A DNA stretch of 57,454 nt from the NCBI GenBank assembly GCA_041691135.1, contig JBEPVF010000010.1:1-57454 (forward strand), read 5' to 3'. The position numbers and the translations under genes are program-made. This DNA is from Candidatus Peribacteria bacterium (GTDB taxonomy: Bacteria; Patescibacteriota; Gracilibacteria; Peribacterales; Peribacteraceae). Positions 39,500 through 49,764 of this stretch are shown here, piece by piece. The notes beneath the pieces are model-generated. The model saw only the letters and a list, made by a program, of their open reading frames with translations. It was not told where the DNA came from and made no database searches. The stretch's first letter is position 1; the number at the start of each line of letters is the position of its first letter.

Positions 39500-39988
39500 T
39501 CATGTGCGCGAGGTGATCGAATCAATTACTTCTTTCAGCGGCATCTGCATTTTGACAAAGAAATCCGTCGCACCCAACTTCATCACCAGATCAATCGTCT
39601 CCTGCGTTCGCATGTCGCTCATCACGAAAGTTGGCGTGTCTTTGTTCAGGGTCGTCTTCTTATCCTGCAATACATCGAAACCCGTTTTGCCCGGCATGAT
39701 CAGATCCAGAATTATTCCATCGAACTTCTGTTGCCGCATCGTTTTCAGCGCCATCTCGCCGTTATGTGCAACGGCCACATTACAACCGGCATTCTGGAAC
39801 TTTAGTGCCATCACCCGAGACAAAGCCGGATCGTCATCAACGACCAGAATATTTTTTGCAGAGCCATTGGTATCTTGTTGTACGGGAGCATCAGCCGGTA
39901 TCTCTTTCGATTTTTTACCCGCAGACTTCCGGGCTGGGGCGGCTGCTTTTTTGGTCGTTCGCTTGGTGGACTTCGGCTTTGGAGTCAT
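39500..39988 (-). CDS. Single-domain response regulator with Lys/Ala-rich N-terminal tail
   Basis: ILVVDDD, LDLIMPGKTG, MSD, FFVK; tandem paralogue of the downstream gene. Confidence 0.9.
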   Translation of the reverse strand: MTPKPKSTKRTTKKAAAPARKSAGKKSKEIPADAPVQQDTNGSAKNILVVDDDPALSRVMALKFQNAGCNVAVAHNGEMALKTMRQQKFDGIILDLIMPGKTGFDVLQDKKTTLNKDTPTFVMSDMRTQETIDLVMKLGATDFFVKMQMPLKEVIDSITSRT

Positions 39989-40032
39989 AGAATATTATTA
40001 TCATACACTTTTTTTGACATTGTAAAATTCTC

Positions 40033-41208
40033 TTACATTGTTTCCGCTTCGGTTTCCCTGAACAGCCAATTCAATACCATCGCTTCGGTTGGTTTGCAGA
40101 CATTCGTCGAAAGGCATTCTTTGGCTATGCCCGGTGCATGAAAGCGGGCAATTTCCATAGCAGCGTCCAAAACAGTATCTGGTGAATGCGATGGTGGAAT
40201 AAGGAGTGAAAGTAGAGTGAAGCGGCCGACTGGCTCAATGTATTCCACCACCGAATCGAACTGGCCGGTTGTTTTGGAAAAAGCATGTTCGATAGCCGCG
40301 CACTGCTCGCAGTTGAGAGATCCGTTTTCTTCGGCCATCACGATAATGAAGTAGCGGAGCCGGCCGTTTTTTCCGCCCGCTCCGGTAATGATCATGTCCT
40401 GCGTTTCGCCAAGCTCGTCTCGCTCCAGAAAAAGTCGGCACTCATCGAAACAAAAGCGGGCCCATGCCGCGAGGGCTGGGTCTGGATGGCGTAAATATAC
40501 TTCTAGCGCCGTAATGGCTTCGAGTCGTCCGATGTGAGCAAGTAAAAAGAGAATGCGGCGCTTCTCTTCGATCGGTGTTTCCTCGGCAAAAAGTGCCGGC
40601 TGTTCGGCCAACGATTGTGTCTTTCGTTCTTCATCGGTGTACCAGTCGCGATCGATCATATTGTGGTACTCAATATACGAACGATACTCATCCAGAGGCA
40701 CGCCGGCATTGTCGGGGATCAGAAAATCTCCAGTGGATACAGACGAAAACAGTTCGGTGGGGGACGCGTCATAATTCCGATCGCGTTCAACAAGAAACTC
40801 AAGCACTGCATGCCTCAACTGCGTGATGCGCGCCACACCTCCCATATCATCCTCGGAGCGAACATCGCGCAAAAGGATTTGAATATACAGATCGATGGTC
40901 CCCGGACCCATGGCTGCGAGGAACAGCGAGAGTTCGTCATTCGTCATATCGTCCAGCACCGCTCCCTTTTCGCGCATGAGTGTGTTCAAAGCCAAGTAGT
41001 CCTCGCATTTCTGCGCTTCCTGAGCGAAGGCGCGTATGGCGCTATTTTTAAGCGGAAAGACAGCCAGCCGGACTTCCCGGAATTCGGGATCGTCGATCAC
41101 GTCCACTACCTCTGTCTCCGTAACCCATCCTTTCCGGAGAGGAATGGGGATGATGGAAAAGAGAGACAGTTCATCGGGCCGGAGGAAAAGTGTGCGGTCG
41201 TCAGTCAT
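40033..41208 (-). CDS. Hypothetical protein with a HEAT-like helical segment
   Basis: 391-aa ORF; 'LAHIGRLEAITALEVYLRHPDPALAAWA' resembles a HEAT repeat. Confidence 0.7.
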   Translation of the reverse strand: MTDDRTLFLRPDELSLFSIIPIPLRKGWVTETEVVDVIDDPEFREVRLAVFPLKNSAIRAFAQEAQKCEDYLALNTLMREKGAVLDDMTNDELSLFLAAMGPGTIDLYIQILLRDVRSEDDMGGVARITQLRHAVLEFLVERDRNYDASPTELFSSVSTGDFLIPDNAGVPLDEYRSYIEYHNMIDRDWYTDEERKTQSLAEQPALFAEETPIEEKRRILFLLAHIGRLEAITALEVYLRHPDPALAAWARFCFDECRLFLERDELGETQDMIITGAGGKNGRLRYFIIVMAEENGSLNCEQCAAIEHAFSKTTGQFDSVVEYIEPVGRFTLLSLLIPPSHSPDTVLDAAMEIARFHAPGIAKECLSTNVCKPTEAMVLNWLFRETEAETM

Positions 41209-41295
41209 GGCAAAACTGTATGGCTTGCCTTGGAGCACGGACAAGGAGGTGCAAGATGGCAAAAAATTGAAAACGTTTTATGTGCCTTGGACAAG

Positions 41296-41991
41296 CTAAA
41301 AAAGACGTTCTGCCAGCGCAGAGAACACTCTTGTTTTCAGTACTTCTCTGATTTTTGTAGCCAGTGAGGATGCCGTAGTTTGACTCGAAACACACATCAA
41401 GATTTGATCAATGGCGCCGATCATTACTCTTTGTTTTCGAATCAGCTCAACGTTGTCGGCATCTTGTTCCTGGCCGATAATCGTCAACGGCAATTTTTTC
41501 TTTGTGTCATCGAATTCCAGCCGTTCTAAAGAAACAGCGAGGTCACGATTTTCAATATGTGTCTGCATCCGGCTATGCCAATGAGTCCAAGAAATCCCAT
41601 CCAATGCGCCATAGTTAATGAGTTCACGTATCTCTTTGCCATAGGGGTCAGGAATATAGTTTTGTTCTTCCGGCATTACATGAGCGCACTGGGGACTTTG
41701 GAGACGAACTTCCTCTGGGCAAAGACAGGCTAGTGCTCCTCCTTCTGAGGGGTACTCGTCACTTCTGTTTTGAAGAGAGAGTCTTGCTAGCCTCTTCTCA
41801 TGGGCATAGCGACATGCCCAAGGCACTTTCTTTTCCAAAGATTTTCGGATGGCAATCAATTGAAACTGTAATTGCTTGTATTGACGATAATTCGGTTCTG
41901 CACCAAGACGCCGTCCTTCCGTATCAAATAAGGGGTATCGACGTGCTAATTGCTTGTCATTTCTTTGAACATTTGGATGATGACGACTCAT
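41296..41991 (-). CDS. Hypothetical protein
   Basis: 231-aa ORF, AT-richer than its neighbours; no motif recognised. Confidence 0.6.
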   Translation of the reverse strand: MSRHHPNVQRNDKQLARRYPLFDTEGRRLGAEPNYRQYKQLQFQLIAIRKSLEKKVPWACRYAHEKRLARLSLQNRSDEYPSEGGALACLCPEEVRLQSPQCAHVMPEEQNYIPDPYGKEIRELINYGALDGISWTHWHSRMQTHIENRDLAVSLERLEFDDTKKKLPLTIIGQEQDADNVELIRKQRVMIGAIDQILMCVSSQTTASSLATKIREVLKTRVFSALAERLF

Positions 41992-42170
41992 AGTAACGAA
42001 AGGTGGCAACCAAGAGCAGAAGTGGCTCAGGGTTGGTTCAACACGTTACCGACTCTGAGACGATAGTCACTGAAAAAGGGCTTAAGACACTAGAAATGGC
42101 GTCACAATCGATCGGAACTTAGAGTTCCTCTCTCTCAGAGAACCAAGTAAACTGGTATCAGCCAACCCCT

Positions 42171-42246
42171 AGGCGCGTAGCTCAGCTGGTAGAGCACCGG
42201 TCTCCAAAACCGGGGGTCGCAGGTTCGAGCCCTGCCGCGCCTGCCA
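42171..42246 (+). tRNA. tRNA-Trp (CCA)
   Basis: AGGCGCG/CGCGCCT acceptor stem, TAGCTCAGCTGGTAGAGC, anticodon arm ccggt-CTCCAAA-accgg, GGTTCGAG, encoded CCA end. Confidence 0.98.
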
Positions 42247-42277
42247 TGATTCGACAGGCTCATCATGACAGTCTGAA

Positions 42278-44623
42278 TCATCCGCGCCTCTTCCACTTGC
42301 TCGGGCCGCGTTCTACCTTCTTTGCCAACATCTCTACTGCTTCCTCAAAGGTAATTGTCATCGGGTCGCGCTTTTTGCCGAGAGAGGCGTTGGTGGTGCC
42401 GTCACTGATGTAGGGGCCGAAACGACCATCCTTCACGAGTACCGGTTTCTTGGTCACCGGTGATTCGCCAAGCGTCCGCAGCGGCTGAGCGGCGCGTTCT
42501 TTTTGCAGTTTGGCCTCGACGAGAATTTCGCCGGCCCGTTCCAGACTTACTTCCAGCGGATTCTCACCCATCGGCAACGCGGCTTTTACATCGCCCCAAG
42601 TGAGGTACGGACCGAAGCGTCCGAAGGCGAGTGTGATGGCGTGGTCTCCTTTTTTGCCGAGGTCTTTGGGAAAGCTGAGCAGCGACAGCCCCTGATCCAG
42701 CGTCACGTCGTCCATCGACAAGTGCTTGGGAATCGACGCGCTCTTGAGTTTCACTTTCTTTTTACCTTTCTTCTCGGGCAGATCTTCCGGCTTGCCGAGC
42801 TGCACATATGGACCGAAACGGCCGGTGCGCACTACCACCTCGAGTCCCGTTTCCGGATCACGGCCGAGGGTGCGCTCTTTGAGTACGTCTTTCTTCTGAA
42901 TCTCCTCCGTCTTTTCCTTCACCAGCGCGCTGAACGGGACGTAGAAGGCACGCAAAAATTCTTCACTCGTCTCTTCGCCTTCGGCGATATTATCCAGCGA
43001 TTGCTCCATCTTGGCGGTGAATTGCAGGTCGACGACGTTCTCAAAATGCTCGGCAAGCAGGTCGATGACCATGAAGGCGATATCCTGCGGCACCAATTGT
43101 TTTTCCTCTTTCTTGATGTAGCCGCGCACCTGAATGGTCGAGATTGTCGGCGCGTAGGTACTCGGACGGCCGATGCCTTCCTCTTCCAATTTTTTCACCA
43201 GGCTCGCTTCCGTGTAGCGGGGTGGCGGCTTGGTAAAGTGTTGTTCGGATTTCAGTTCAATCAATGACAGGTCATCGCCTTTTTTCAGGGGTGGCAGCAG
43301 TTTGTCACCATCATTCACATCATCATCTTTCTTGGCATCGCCCTCGTCACGTCCTTCCTGGTAGAGGCGGAGGTAACCATCGAATGTAATCGTCTGTCCG
43401 GTGGCGCGGAAGGTGTAGTCGTTGGCTTTGATATCCACACCCACACGCTTGAGTTCAGCTGCGGCCATCTGCGTCGCCACCGTGCGGTTCCAGATAAGCG
43501 TGTAGAGCTTCAGTTGCTGGTGATCAAGTACTCCCGCCAGTGATTGCGGCGTGCGATCCGTTTCGGTGGGGCGAATGGCTTCGTGCGCTTCCTGTGCGCC
43601 TTTTGCCTTGGTCTTGTATTTGCGGGCTTCGGCCAGCAGGTATTCGCGGCCGTAGTGTTTTTCGATCACGCGGTTCGTATCTTCGATCGCTTTCTGCGAC
43701 AGATTTACCGAGTCGGTACGCATGTAGGTGATCAGACCCATGTGGCCTTCGCCTTTGCCCAAACTCACGCCTTCGTACAACTGCTGGGCGATTACCATTG
43801 TCTGCTTTACGGAGAAGCCGAGTTTGCGGGCCCCTTCCTGTTGCAATGTCGATGTGGTGAACGGCGCCGGCGGTGTTTTCTTCAATTCGCGCTCATCAGT
43901 CGCTTCCACCGCGTAACTTGCACCGTCCAGATCTTTCAGAACTTTCTGTGTCTCAGCTTCGGAATGCAGTTCGATTTTCTCCTCCTTATATTTACTGAGT
44001 GATGCGACGAAAGATTTCTTGTCGGCCGTTTCCAGCTCGGCGTCGAGCGACCAGTACTCCTCCGGCACGAACGCTTTGATTTCGCGCTCGCGGTCGACGA
44101 TGATGCGCACCGCCACTGATTGCACGCGTCCGGCGCTGAGTCCGCGGTACACCTTCTTCCACAAAAAAGGAGACAACGTATAACCCACCAGACGATCCAG
44201 CACGCGGCGTGCCTGCTGCGCGTCCACCAGTTTCATATCCAACGTGCGCGGATGGAGCACGGCGTCTTTGATGGCCGATTCGGTGATTTCGTGGAAGACG
44301 ATGCGTTTCACGCTTTCGGGATTCTTCACCTTCAGAACCTGTGTCAGGTGCCAGCCGATCGCCTCTCCTTCGCGGTCTTCGTCAGTTGCGATCCATAGAT
44401 CATCGGCTTGTTTCAGCGCGTCGCGCAGTTTTTTCACCACCGTCGCCTTTTCCTTGGGCACTTCGTACTCCGGCTCGAAGTGTTTGGTATCGACGGCCAG
44501 TGTGGAACTCGGCAAATCGCGCACATGTCCCATACTCGCTTCCACGATGTAGTCTTTTCCCAAAAAACGTTTGATGGTTTTTGCCTTCGCCGGGCTTTCT
44601 ACTATAACAAGGTGTGTGCTCAT
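42278..44623 (-). CDS. topA: DNA topoisomerase I (C-terminal Topo_C repeats, no zinc ribbons)
   Basis: VESPAK, DEDREGE, SAGRVQS, catalytic ITYMRTD, GIGRPSTY, three GRFGPY repeats. Confidence 0.98.
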   Translation of the reverse strand: MSTHLVIVESPAKAKTIKRFLGKDYIVEASMGHVRDLPSSTLAVDTKHFEPEYEVPKEKATVVKKLRDALKQADDLWIATDEDREGEAIGWHLTQVLKVKNPESVKRIVFHEITESAIKDAVLHPRTLDMKLVDAQQARRVLDRLVGYTLSPFLWKKVYRGLSAGRVQSVAVRIIVDREREIKAFVPEEYWSLDAELETADKKSFVASLSKYKEEKIELHSEAETQKVLKDLDGASYAVEATDERELKKTPPAPFTTSTLQQEGARKLGFSVKQTMVIAQQLYEGVSLGKGEGHMGLITYMRTDSVNLSQKAIEDTNRVIEKHYGREYLLAEARKYKTKAKGAQEAHEAIRPTETDRTPQSLAGVLDHQQLKLYTLIWNRTVATQMAAAELKRVGVDIKANDYTFRATGQTITFDGYLRLYQEGRDEGDAKKDDDVNDGDKLLPPLKKGDDLSLIELKSEQHFTKPPPRYTEASLVKKLEEEGIGRPSTYAPTISTIQVRGYIKKEEKQLVPQDIAFMVIDLLAEHFENVVDLQFTAKMEQSLDNIAEGEETSEEFLRAFYVPFSALVKEKTEEIQKKDVLKERTLGRDPETGLEVVVRTGRFGPYVQLGKPEDLPEKKGKKKVKLKSASIPKHLSMDDVTLDQGLSLLSFPKDLGKKGDHAITLAFGRFGPYLTWGDVKAALPMGENPLEVSLERAGEILVEAKLQKERAAQPLRTLGESPVTKKPVLVKDGRFGPYISDGTTNASLGKKRDPMTITFEEAVEMLAKKVERGPSKWKRRG

Positions 44624-45077
44624 GGGACGAAGGGTCGGAAGAAACAGAAGATGAAGGAGAACCGGAGGATTTTTTCCTCACATCGCAACGTTGCTTGTTC
44701 TGAATTCATTGTAAATAGTGAGGGGGAGACTAGGAACAACAAGGAGTGATGTCAAATGATGACACATCATGCGAATGATGATTTCTTACACGCGCCACAA
44801 AAGTTTGCCCACCGGTGAATCACCTCTCTCCACTCAGATTTTATGCGTATACCTCAGTTTGACGGCATGCAAATAATCTTCTCTTCTCTATGAAAATTTC
44901 ATTTTTTTCGGTCTTGTAAAGTATTCTTTGTATTCAGACTTTTTGCCTCCTCAAAGCCATCTTCAAAAAAATATCCCTTACGCAAGCGAAAAAAACGCTA
45001 TCCACGGCTTGCACAGCCTTATGGTCAGCGTACACTCGGCCGTATCCCGTATTTCCTTTTTCTTTCCCCTTATCCAT

Positions 45078-45353
45078 ATGTCCAAGCAGGATCTGATCGC
45101 TGCGATTGCCGACGCATCCGGTATCACCAAGCGTGCTGCAGCTGATGCACTCCAGGCTCTTATCAACCTGGTCATCAAGAACCTGAAGAAGGGTCAGCCG
45201 GTCACGATCACCGGTTTCGGAACCTTCAAGTTGAGCTCCCGCCGTGCACGTCAGGGCGTGAACCCACGCAATCCGACGCAGAAAATTTCCATCCCTGCAA
45301 TGAAGGTCCCAACCTTCAAGGCCGGAAAGACACTCAAGGACGCTGTTCGATAA
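45078..45353 (+). CDS. hup: HU nucleoid protein
   Basis: MSKQDLI..., GFGTF, RQGVNPR, PTFKAGKTLKDAV. Putative promoter TTGCAC-16-TACACT at about 45008-45035. Confidence 0.96.
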   Translation: MSKQDLIAAIADASGITKRAAADALQALINLVIKNLKKGQPVTITGFGTFKLSSRRARQGVNPRNPTQKISIPAMKVPTFKAGKTLKDAVR

Positions 45354-45368
45354 AAAAATTTACTAGTG

Positions 45369-45400
45369 AAAAAGACCTTCAGAAATGGAGGTCTTTTTTT
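45369..45400 (+). terminator. Intrinsic terminator after hup
   Basis: aaaaagaccttc-agaaat-ggaggtcttttttt. Confidence 0.85.
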
Positions 45401-45442
45401 GGATTCAAGGGAGACGAAAATGTGCAATCCCCTGAATCCCCA

Positions 45443-46744
45443 TCACTGAAGTATTTGTTGCTCGAACGTCGTGATTCCCATCGCTCTCAACATCATCTGC
45501 GCAACCTCGGCACGAGTGATCGGCTGCGCCGGTCGCAAGTAGGCGTTCACCCTTCCATTCGCATCCATATCGCCGTTGGCGATGCCGAGTGATACGGCGA
45601 TGCCGATCGCCGGAGCATAAGGATCGGCGAATGATACATCTTTCAGCATGCCTTGGTTCTGGTAAAACACGACCAGCGTCGGATCGGTCGAGACCGGGAA
45701 GCGGATGGCTTCGAGAACCGTTTGAATCACTTCCTCACGCGTGGCGACGGCGTGAATGTTCAGCGACGGCTGATCGAACACGGTCAAACCCAACATATGC
45801 GCAGCAGCGATGTACTGGTCTTCCCATGCTCCACCGTCAGCGGCGCTGTGCAGCGGATAGAGTTTCTGACGCGACAAAATCACGGACATCTTTGCCAGTT
45901 CGGCGTACGTCACGTTTCCCTGCGGACGGAATTCACCGGTCAGCGTACCTTGCGCATCACGGTAGCCGTCGGCGATACCGTACTGGATCATGCAGCCGAC
46001 GTAGTCGCTGTACCAGGCGTCGATTGATACATCATTGTAGGTAGTGCTCGCGACGACAAGATTGCCGTTGCGATAGGTCGTGACGCAGGCCGGCGCAATG
46101 TCTTCTTCTACAGAAACGTTTCCATCAACGGGAATATCTTCGATGTTCGGCAGACGTGTCGATGCGATGCCGTTGATACGATGTCCCATGTTGCCTTCGC
46201 GCGGTCCGGTGATGAACTCAGAATTCACCGGTATGCTCGAGGAAGATGAATTTGAAGAACTGCTCGACGTACCGAGCACACTTGACGATGAAGATGACGA
46301 AGAGGAAGAAGAGCTGGGCGTTGGCGAGGCACTCGACGAAGACGAGCTGCTCGAACTGCTGGAGGAGTCATCGAAGGGGGAGGGCAGGCTGCTGAGATTG
46401 ACCGAACTCGAAGTGTCTCCGTCAAAGGGGAGCGGAATGCTGCTGAAATCGAGTGAGCTGTCGGACGATGAGCTGCTGCTCGATGTATCGTCGAAGGGGA
46501 GAGGAATACTGCTGAAGCTGACGGAGACATCCGATGACGAACTGCTGTCGGAGCTCAATTCGCTACTTGCAGTGCTGTTGCTCTGCGCGTCACTTGCTTG
46601 GCTGCTTTCAGATGCAGAAGAGTTCTCACTGCTCTGGTCGCCCGTCGTTGCCGGAAGGCTCAGAAAATTAACCGGCTTCAGGACCATCAGTACAATCAGA
46701 AACAGGAACAGACAGCCGATGACGTTAAGAAGAATTTTGTTCAT
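45443..46744 (-). CDS. Membrane-anchored Ser-rich SLH-domain protein
   Basis: N-terminal TM helix, poly-Ser stalk with three 'SS(I/L)PxPFD' units, SLH motifs 'YNDV...WY...GYRD...FRPQGNVTYAE' and 'ITRAEVA'. Confidence 0.85.
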   Translation of the reverse strand: MNKILLNVIGCLFLFLIVLMVLKPVNFLSLPATTGDQSSENSSASESSQASDAQSNSTASSELSSDSSSSSDVSVSFSSIPLPFDDTSSSSSSSDSSLDFSSIPLPFDGDTSSSVNLSSLPSPFDDSSSSSSSSSSSSASPTPSSSSSSSSSSSSVLGTSSSSSNSSSSSIPVNSEFITGPREGNMGHRINGIASTRLPNIEDIPVDGNVSVEEDIAPACVTTYRNGNLVVASTTYNDVSIDAWYSDYVGCMIQYGIADGYRDAQGTLTGEFRPQGNVTYAELAKMSVILSRQKLYPLHSAADGGAWEDQYIAAAHMLGLTVFDQPSLNIHAVATREEVIQTVLEAIRFPVSTDPTLVVFYQNQGMLKDVSFADPYAPAIGIAVSLGIANGDMDANGRVNAYLRPAQPITRAEVAQMMLRAMGITTFEQQILQ

Positions 46745-46971
46745 GGGTGTGTTTTTTGGGCTCAAGCCATCAGGAAATCATACCCGAAAACACGCTTCTT
46801 TGCCATTGCCGTAGTCGTCATTTTGCAGACATATAGCATCACAATGAAAAGATCTAATAGCGTCAAGAATACGCCCGAAAACATACATAGCAAAGAATGG
46901 ACCTATTTTCTGTCATCAAAAGGGCCAAGTGTTCCCTTTCGGATCGGCACCCGCTATGCTCGACGCCACGT

Positions 46972-47532
46972 ATGGATGCGCAACTGATTCAGACGATTCT
47001 CGGCGGTCTGTTGGAACATCTGCAGCTCAAATGCAGCGGTATCGTCGTGTCGCCGGATGATGCCGGCATCGTGCGTATCGAAATCCAATCGCCCGAACCA
47101 AGCCGCATCATCGGTTGGCATGGCGAAACACTCAATGCATTGCAACACCTGCTCAAGGCGGTTATCCGCACGCAGCAAAAACTGGAGAAGGCACCCTTTC
47201 TCGTGCTTGATGTCGATGGCTACCGCAAAGGACAAGAAGAGAAAGTCTGCCGTGTTGCCGAGCAGAAAGCCGACTTCGTTCGTCGTACCGGCAGCCGCAT
47301 CGCTCTGGCACCGATGAGTCCCTACTTCCGCCGTGTGGTGCACATGTATGTGGCCAACAATCCAAAGCTGAGCGACCTCACCACCGAGAGCGTGGGCGAA
47401 GGTGATTATCGACAGATCGTGATGAAACTGAAAAATCCAAAAGAAGGCGGCGCGGGTAATCGCGACGAAGTGAGTGAAGAGCTGTCGCCGGTGATGGCAG
47501 ACGACGACGGCCTCGGCAATTTGGATGTGTGA
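46972..47532 (+). CDS. jag: Jag/KhpB (KH + R3H) RNA-binding protein
   Basis: IIGWHGETLNALQHL, DVDGYR, R3H motif 'RRVVH', TESVGEG..R. Confidence 0.88.
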   Translation: MDAQLIQTILGGLLEHLQLKCSGIVVSPDDAGIVRIEIQSPEPSRIIGWHGETLNALQHLLKAVIRTQQKLEKAPFLVLDVDGYRKGQEEKVCRVAEQKADFVRRTGSRIALAPMSPYFRRVVHMYVANNPKLSDLTTESVGEGDYRQIVMKLKNPKEGGAGNRDEVSEELSPVMADDDGLGNLDV

Positions 47533-47564
47533 TATCGGTGACGGGAAAATGGTACGATCGAAGT

Positions 47565-48467
47565 ATGCAGTTTGCCGTATCCGATGAGTTCAGACAGAGA
47601 GTAGTGGGTGCGTTTGGCGAACACGGAAAACAGTGGCTCGACGATCTGCCTTCTATCGTGGAACGCTGTGAGAAATATTGGCCCCTCCGCCTTGAACAGC
47701 CGATTCACACGCTCTCGTACAACTACGTTGTCCCGGCTGAGCGCAATGACGGAACAAAAGTAATTGTGAAAGTTGGATGCCCAAACCGGGAGCTGTTTAC
47801 CGAAGTGGAGGCGCTCAGAACATTTTCCGGGAACGGAGCAGTGCCGGTGCTCGATATGAATGCCGAATTGGGCGCGTTCCTACTGCCGTATCTAGAGCCG
47901 GGAACTACATTAAAGAATGTGCAGGAAAAAGATGACCGGCAAGCGACGGAAATCGCAGCAGATGTGATGCGACGACTACACTCCAACACATCTCACAGCT
48001 CAAATTTTCCGCATGTGAGTGATTGGGTAAAGACGTTCGAGCATGTGAAAGAGAGCGGAACTATTCCGACGCAGTTGCTTACGACGGCGACAGAACTTTT
48101 CCATGAACTTGATGCAACGAAGTCCGAAGAAAAATTGCTACATGGCGATCTGCATCACGAAAATATTCTCTTCGATCAACAGCGCGGCTGGCTCGCCATC
48201 GATCCGAAGGGTGTCATCGGCGATCCGGCCTACGAGACGGCACGTTTTCTGCATAATCCTCCGGGTTGGACGAGTGCGGGCGATCCTCTGGCAGCGGTAA
48301 AAATAAGGATCGATATTTTGGCTTCAGCAATGGGTTTTGATGCCAAGCGCATTGCCAAGTGGGCATTCATAGATTGTCTGTTATCTGCTGCGTGGACTGT
48401 CGAAGAAGGTGGCTCGGATTGGAGAAGCGGTGTGGCAGCTGCGGAAATATTTCAGACATTATTCTGA
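47565..48467 (+). CDS. APH(6)/hydroxyurea-resistance family aminoglycoside kinase-like protein
   Basis: 'WLDDLP', 'LLHGDLHHENIL', 'WLAIDPKG..GDPAYE'. TGGTACGAT box 6 nt before the ATG. Confidence 0.88.
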   Translation: MQFAVSDEFRQRVVGAFGEHGKQWLDDLPSIVERCEKYWPLRLEQPIHTLSYNYVVPAERNDGTKVIVKVGCPNRELFTEVEALRTFSGNGAVPVLDMNAELGAFLLPYLEPGTTLKNVQEKDDRQATEIAADVMRRLHSNTSHSSNFPHVSDWVKTFEHVKESGTIPTQLLTTATELFHELDATKSEEKLLHGDLHHENILFDQQRGWLAIDPKGVIGDPAYETARFLHNPPGWTSAGDPLAAVKIRIDILASAMGFDAKRIAKWAFIDCLLSAAWTVEEGGSDWRSGVAAAEIFQTLF

Positions 48468-48495
48468 ATACCATTCGCTGCCGTGATGTGATTAA

Positions 48496-49575
48496 TCACT
48501 GCAACGCTTTCCATTCTTCAATCAACTTTCTCTCTGCCCGGCTCAGTTTGGTCGGAATTTTTATTTTCACCGTCACGTAATGATCGCCAGAACGGCTGGT
48601 ACTGAGAACGGGCATTCCTTTGCTCTTCAATCTGAATACCTGACCAGGTTGTGTACCTTCTGGAATTTTGAGGGTCATGGTGCCGTGTACCGTATCAACG
48701 TCCGCTTCGGTCCCCAAAATTGCATCGACTGCATTTAATTCCAAAACAGACCGCACATCATCGCCGTCGCGTTCGAAGCGGGGATCGGGTCGCACGTGGA
48801 TATGGACATACAGATCACCGGCTGTGGCGCCTCGGTGTCCGGCATCGCCTTCGCCGCGAATGCGGAGTGATTGTCCGTCGTGAATGCCGGCGGGTACGTC
48901 GACGTCGAGCGGTTCAGTCGCGCTGTAGCGGCCTTCGCCATCGCATTTATGACACGCTTTTTCCGGCACTTTGCCGCCGCCGCCACAACGTGGACAGATC
49001 GCGCGTTGCTGAATCGTGCCGAAGAACGATTGCGCGGTTCGTGTCACCTGTCCGGTGCCGTTGCATTCGGTACATGTTTGCATGCTCGTGCCGGGTTCGG
49101 TTCCTGATCCGCCGCACACGTCGCATTTCTTCAGGTGTCGTATGTTGACCGATCGCTTCACGCCGCTCACGGCTTCGGCGAGATCAATGGTCATTTCCAC
49201 TTCCAAATCGGCGCCACGTTCTTCGCGCGGACGTGCCGCGCCGCCGCGACCGCCGAAGAAACTTTCGAAGATATCGGAAAAGTCCACGCGCTCGCCGCCC
49301 TGGAATCCCGAGAAATCAAATCCGTTGAACCCGCCTGCCCCCGCCCCTGCACCATTGGCATCCGCCGATCCGAATTGATCGTACATCTGCTTCTTTTTCG
49401 TATCGCTCAGTGTTTCGTACGCCTCATTCACTTCCTTGAATTTCTGTTCAGCCTCTTTCTCTCCCTTGTGTTTGTCGGGATGTAATTCCTTGCTCAGCTT
49501 ACGGTACGCTTTTTTGATGTCGTCTTGCGACGCAGAGCGGGGAACACCGAGGACTTCGTAAAAATCGCGGGCCAT
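48496..49575 (-). CDS. dnaJ: Chaperone DnaJ
   Basis: J domain HPD, G/F region, four CxxCxGxG repeats. Confidence 0.98.
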   Translation of the reverse strand: MARDFYEVLGVPRSASQDDIKKAYRKLSKELHPDKHKGEKEAEQKFKEVNEAYETLSDTKKKQMYDQFGSADANGAGAGAGGFNGFDFSGFQGGERVDFSDIFESFFGGRGGAARPREERGADLEVEMTIDLAEAVSGVKRSVNIRHLKKCDVCGGSGTEPGTSMQTCTECNGTGQVTRTAQSFFGTIQQRAICPRCGGGGKVPEKACHKCDGEGRYSATEPLDVDVPAGIHDGQSLRIRGEGDAGHRGATAGDLYVHIHVRPDPRFERDGDDVRSVLELNAVDAILGTEADVDTVHGTMTLKIPEGTQPGQVFRLKSKGMPVLSTSRSGDHYVTVKIKIPTKLSRAERKLIEEWKALQ

Positions 49576-49603
49576 GGGACGAAATTATAGAGCAACCTCC
49601 ACG

Positions 49604-49722
49604 AGAAATCCCAAGGTCCAAATCACAATTATCAACTAATTTCTCCGTACCCAATACCAATAGTACTGAGTAATTGATGATTTGTGCCTTCATTGGTCAT
49701 TGCGGCTTGGTTTTTGGGATTT
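49604..49722. repeat. 7-bp-periodic imperfect inverted-repeat element, copy C
   Basis: aaatcccaaggtccaaatcacaat ... ttcattggtcattgcggcttggtttttgggattt. Confidence 0.65.
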
Positions 49723-49764
49723 AAAGAGTGGGGCTTTTCTGCTATAATAATACGAAAAACCAAT

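Noticed and set aside
42247-42277. REP-like word 'ttcgacaggctcatcatgaca' after tRNA-Trp
   Set aside because: Single short copy in this window with no partner arm or associated nuclease; insufficient support.
44680-45060. Replication origin in the long topA-hup intergenic region
   Set aside because: Only degenerate DnaA-box-like words (ctatccacg) are present, with no cluster and no dnaA/dnaN. Divergent promoters explain the region.
46080-46814. Acidic Glu/Asp/Leu-rich ORF on the + strand, and similar long antisense ORFs (24749-25453, 49690-50727, 52205-53287)
   Set aside because: These are shadow ORFs opposite well-supported genes; the poly-Glu/Asp is the antisense of poly-Ser codons.
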